Shown here: piece by piece, positions 61,626 through 64,000 of the stretch
Layout of the letters: the number at the start of each line of letters is the position of its first letter
Numbering within the stretch: the first letter of the stretch is position 1
From: Euprymna scolopes
Taxonomy: Eukaryota
DNA length: 64,000 bases
Reading direction: 5' to 3' (one strand)
NCBI GenBank assembly: GCA_053919585.1
Contig: CM132790.1
Made by a program: the position numbers and the translations under genes
Notes under the pieces: model-generated
Database searches by the model: none
What the model was told of the DNA's origin: nothing
The model's input: the letters and a program-made list of their open reading frames with translations, nothing else

Positions 61626-64000
61626 TTTACGTAGATGTTTTTATTTGTTTTTGCTAGCGATACTTTCTTGAATGAATTCAAGTGTTTATACGAAAGTGCA
61701 TTTTTACCTAAATGCTTGTTGGGAATAATTTTAATATATTTANNNNNNNNNNNNNNNNNNNNNNNNNNNNNNNNNNNNNNNNNNNNNNNNNNNNNNNNNN
61801 NNNNNNNNNNNNNNNNNNNNNNNNNNNNNNNNNNNNNNNNNNNNNNNNNNNNNNNNNNNNNNNNNNNNNNNNNNNNNNNNNNGACAGAGAAAGCGAGATA
61901 TAGATGCATAGAGAGTGAGCTAGATAGAGAGATAGGCGTTATATGTTGCTCCAGTCTAGTCAGTATTTATACAACCATTCATATGAAAATCAAATATCTG
62001 ATCGATTATTAGATTACGGAGAAATGATCTTTCACCTTCCGTGTGTCAGGCTTTACGAGTTATTTCTCTATTATTGTGAATAAGGACACTTTGTCTTGCC
62101 GTACTAATATTTTGCAAGATTTCATATGCTGAAACAGACACTATATCTTGAACGATAAATTAAAAATTAGAAATAGGATAAATTGCTTTAATAGATATAT
62201 CTTATTTATATTGACACGCGTTTTTCCATCGCGTTACACACCGTGTTTAAATTGGCCCATTGACACAGATCGTACTCGTTAGATAATCATATTTTGCAAC
62301 TCTGAGACTGACCAAGACTAAATTCCCTACCAGAAATAGCGGTTTTTCTATTTGCGCCAATGTTATTTCTAACTTTTTCCAAATGTCCATTACGTATTGT
62401 CACCTGATTCAAACAGTGTCGAATAAAAGTAGATGAGGGTAATTGTCACGGTTAAGGTTAAATATATAATCTCTAGTTTTAAATTAGCAAAACTGCAGAT
62501 CATTTTCAGACTTTATCAACTCAGTATTTGTGTAATTTCTAAATGTAAATTTATAATCGATTTTTGTGTATGTCGTCTGTTCATTTGCAGATCATATAAG
62601 CCTTATGAAAACAGGCATGCTCAAAAGTATTCATATATAGATATGAAATCGAAACTGTTTGGAATCGATAGCTTTAGTCTGTGTCTGAGACGTTAACGCC
62701 AGTTGTTTGAAAATGGCGAGTCGTATTTCCAGCTTTTAAGATGAAAAGCAAAGTTGGCCGCATTTGGAACGGATCCCGTTTGACCGCAGGTGTCAGAAAC
62801 GAAAAAGGAAGAATAGAATAGAAATCGAATTTTCAAGGACTTTTTTCCACTGATCTTTAGAATCTTGGATGTTTACTTGCCAAGAGAATTGGGTAAACAA
62901 CAGAAGCGAATAGAAATAACAGCCGTTCCTTTAATCTTTAGTGAAGGTTTTATATATTTGAGAAGGATGAAGCGAATTTCATTAACGAGACAGATAATAA
63001 AAGGAACCCGTTGAACTCATCTCTGCCTGAATGTAAAATAAGAAATAGTATACATAAGAAGCTGCGCACATTACTATATGAATATGTATATGTAAGGATA
63101 TTTGTGGGCAATAATAACGTGGTCAAAACTGTAATTTTCATTTTAAAGTTTAACACAAAACGCCTAAAGCTGTTAGAATTAATCAAAACATGTATTTATA
63201 GTTAAATATTTATTGTAATATATGGTAAGCTGGATACCTACTTAAGAAATGCAATATTACCAAGAAAATCTACATAAAGTTGAACTTTCTGCGTTATAAA
63301 TAAGGATTTGTTAGAGATTTGCGACCCAAAATCACACTAATTATAATATTGCTAATAGTCATTTGGTTATTCAGACAACCGTGTTCATGTTAGTTATTGA
63401 CGAATTACAAAAATGTTGGCTGAGAGAATATCTAAGTATCCGCATTTAAACAATCCGATTCCTTCATTGTGTATTGCTANNNNNNNNNNNNNNNNNNNNN
63501 NNNNNNNNNNNNNNNNNNNNNNNNNNNNNNNNNNNNNNNNNNNNNNNNNNNNNNNNNNNNNNNNNNNNNNNNNNNNNNNNNNNNNNNNNNNNNNNNNNNN
63601 NNNNNNNNNNNNNNNNNNNNNNNNNNNNNGCGATTAAGCTACACTGAATATTCAGCGTTTCATTCACTATAAGATTCGTCAGGCTCATGCGAATTCTGTG
63701 GTTGTTTCTCGTTTTTATATATGTTGAAGGATTTAGTTAGCCAATAAGCTTTCTAGTATCCGCCTCGACCCTTCCTTTCAGCCAATGGACATGCATTTTA
63801 TCGAACAAAGGATCCGTTTTAGAACTAGTTTAGTGGTTTTAGGCAGACGATTTTCCTCATTTTTGCTCATTTTTTATATATATATAAATATACCAAAATG
63901 ACCCAAGATGGTAAAATTAAAGTAAACTATAAATATTAAAGAATTAATATTTATCAACTTATCTCAGCCAGATAAAAAAGCTCGATAAAACAAATAGGAA

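Larger units (their letters stand above)
6577..63629. other. Nine N blocks (gaps or masked repeats): 6577-6775, 19466-19598, 20216-20450, 22869-23003, 23646-23805, 23970-24180, 39580-39726, 61743-61882, 63480-63629
   Basis: Direct reading. Lengths are 130-235 nt and several blocks are edged by simple-repeat-like sequence. Confidence 0.95.

Overview
AT-rich, repeat-dense eukaryotic (invertebrate metazoan-like) DNA with nine N blocks, many (TA)n tracts and no host gene I can recognise. The main feature is a near-intact 6.18-kb BEL/Pao-type LTR retrotransposon (45241-51419, minus strand). Four things about it are unusual: (i) it has no tRNA primer-binding site, but a perfect 11-nt match between the PBS position and its own LTR, suggesting Tf1/sushi-like self-priming; (ii) its Gag lacks the BEL/Pao Cys/His zinc knuckles; (iii) a TAF3-like PHD finger is fused to the integrase C-terminus; (iv) the TSD appears to be 4 bp. 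Other content: a tRNA-like Pol III head fused to a minimal hammerhead ribozyme (60339-60452), an inverted Penelope element with hammerhead-like cores, two independent neighbouring insertions of a non-autonomous hAT carrying a 5S-like segment, a non-autonomous Helitron with a tRNA-like insert, U2 snRNA 5' fragments, several CR1-group and R4-like LINE remnants, a decayed Tc1, a SINE fragment and three adjacent satellite arrays. All family calls come from motif recognition by eye; no database searches were run.
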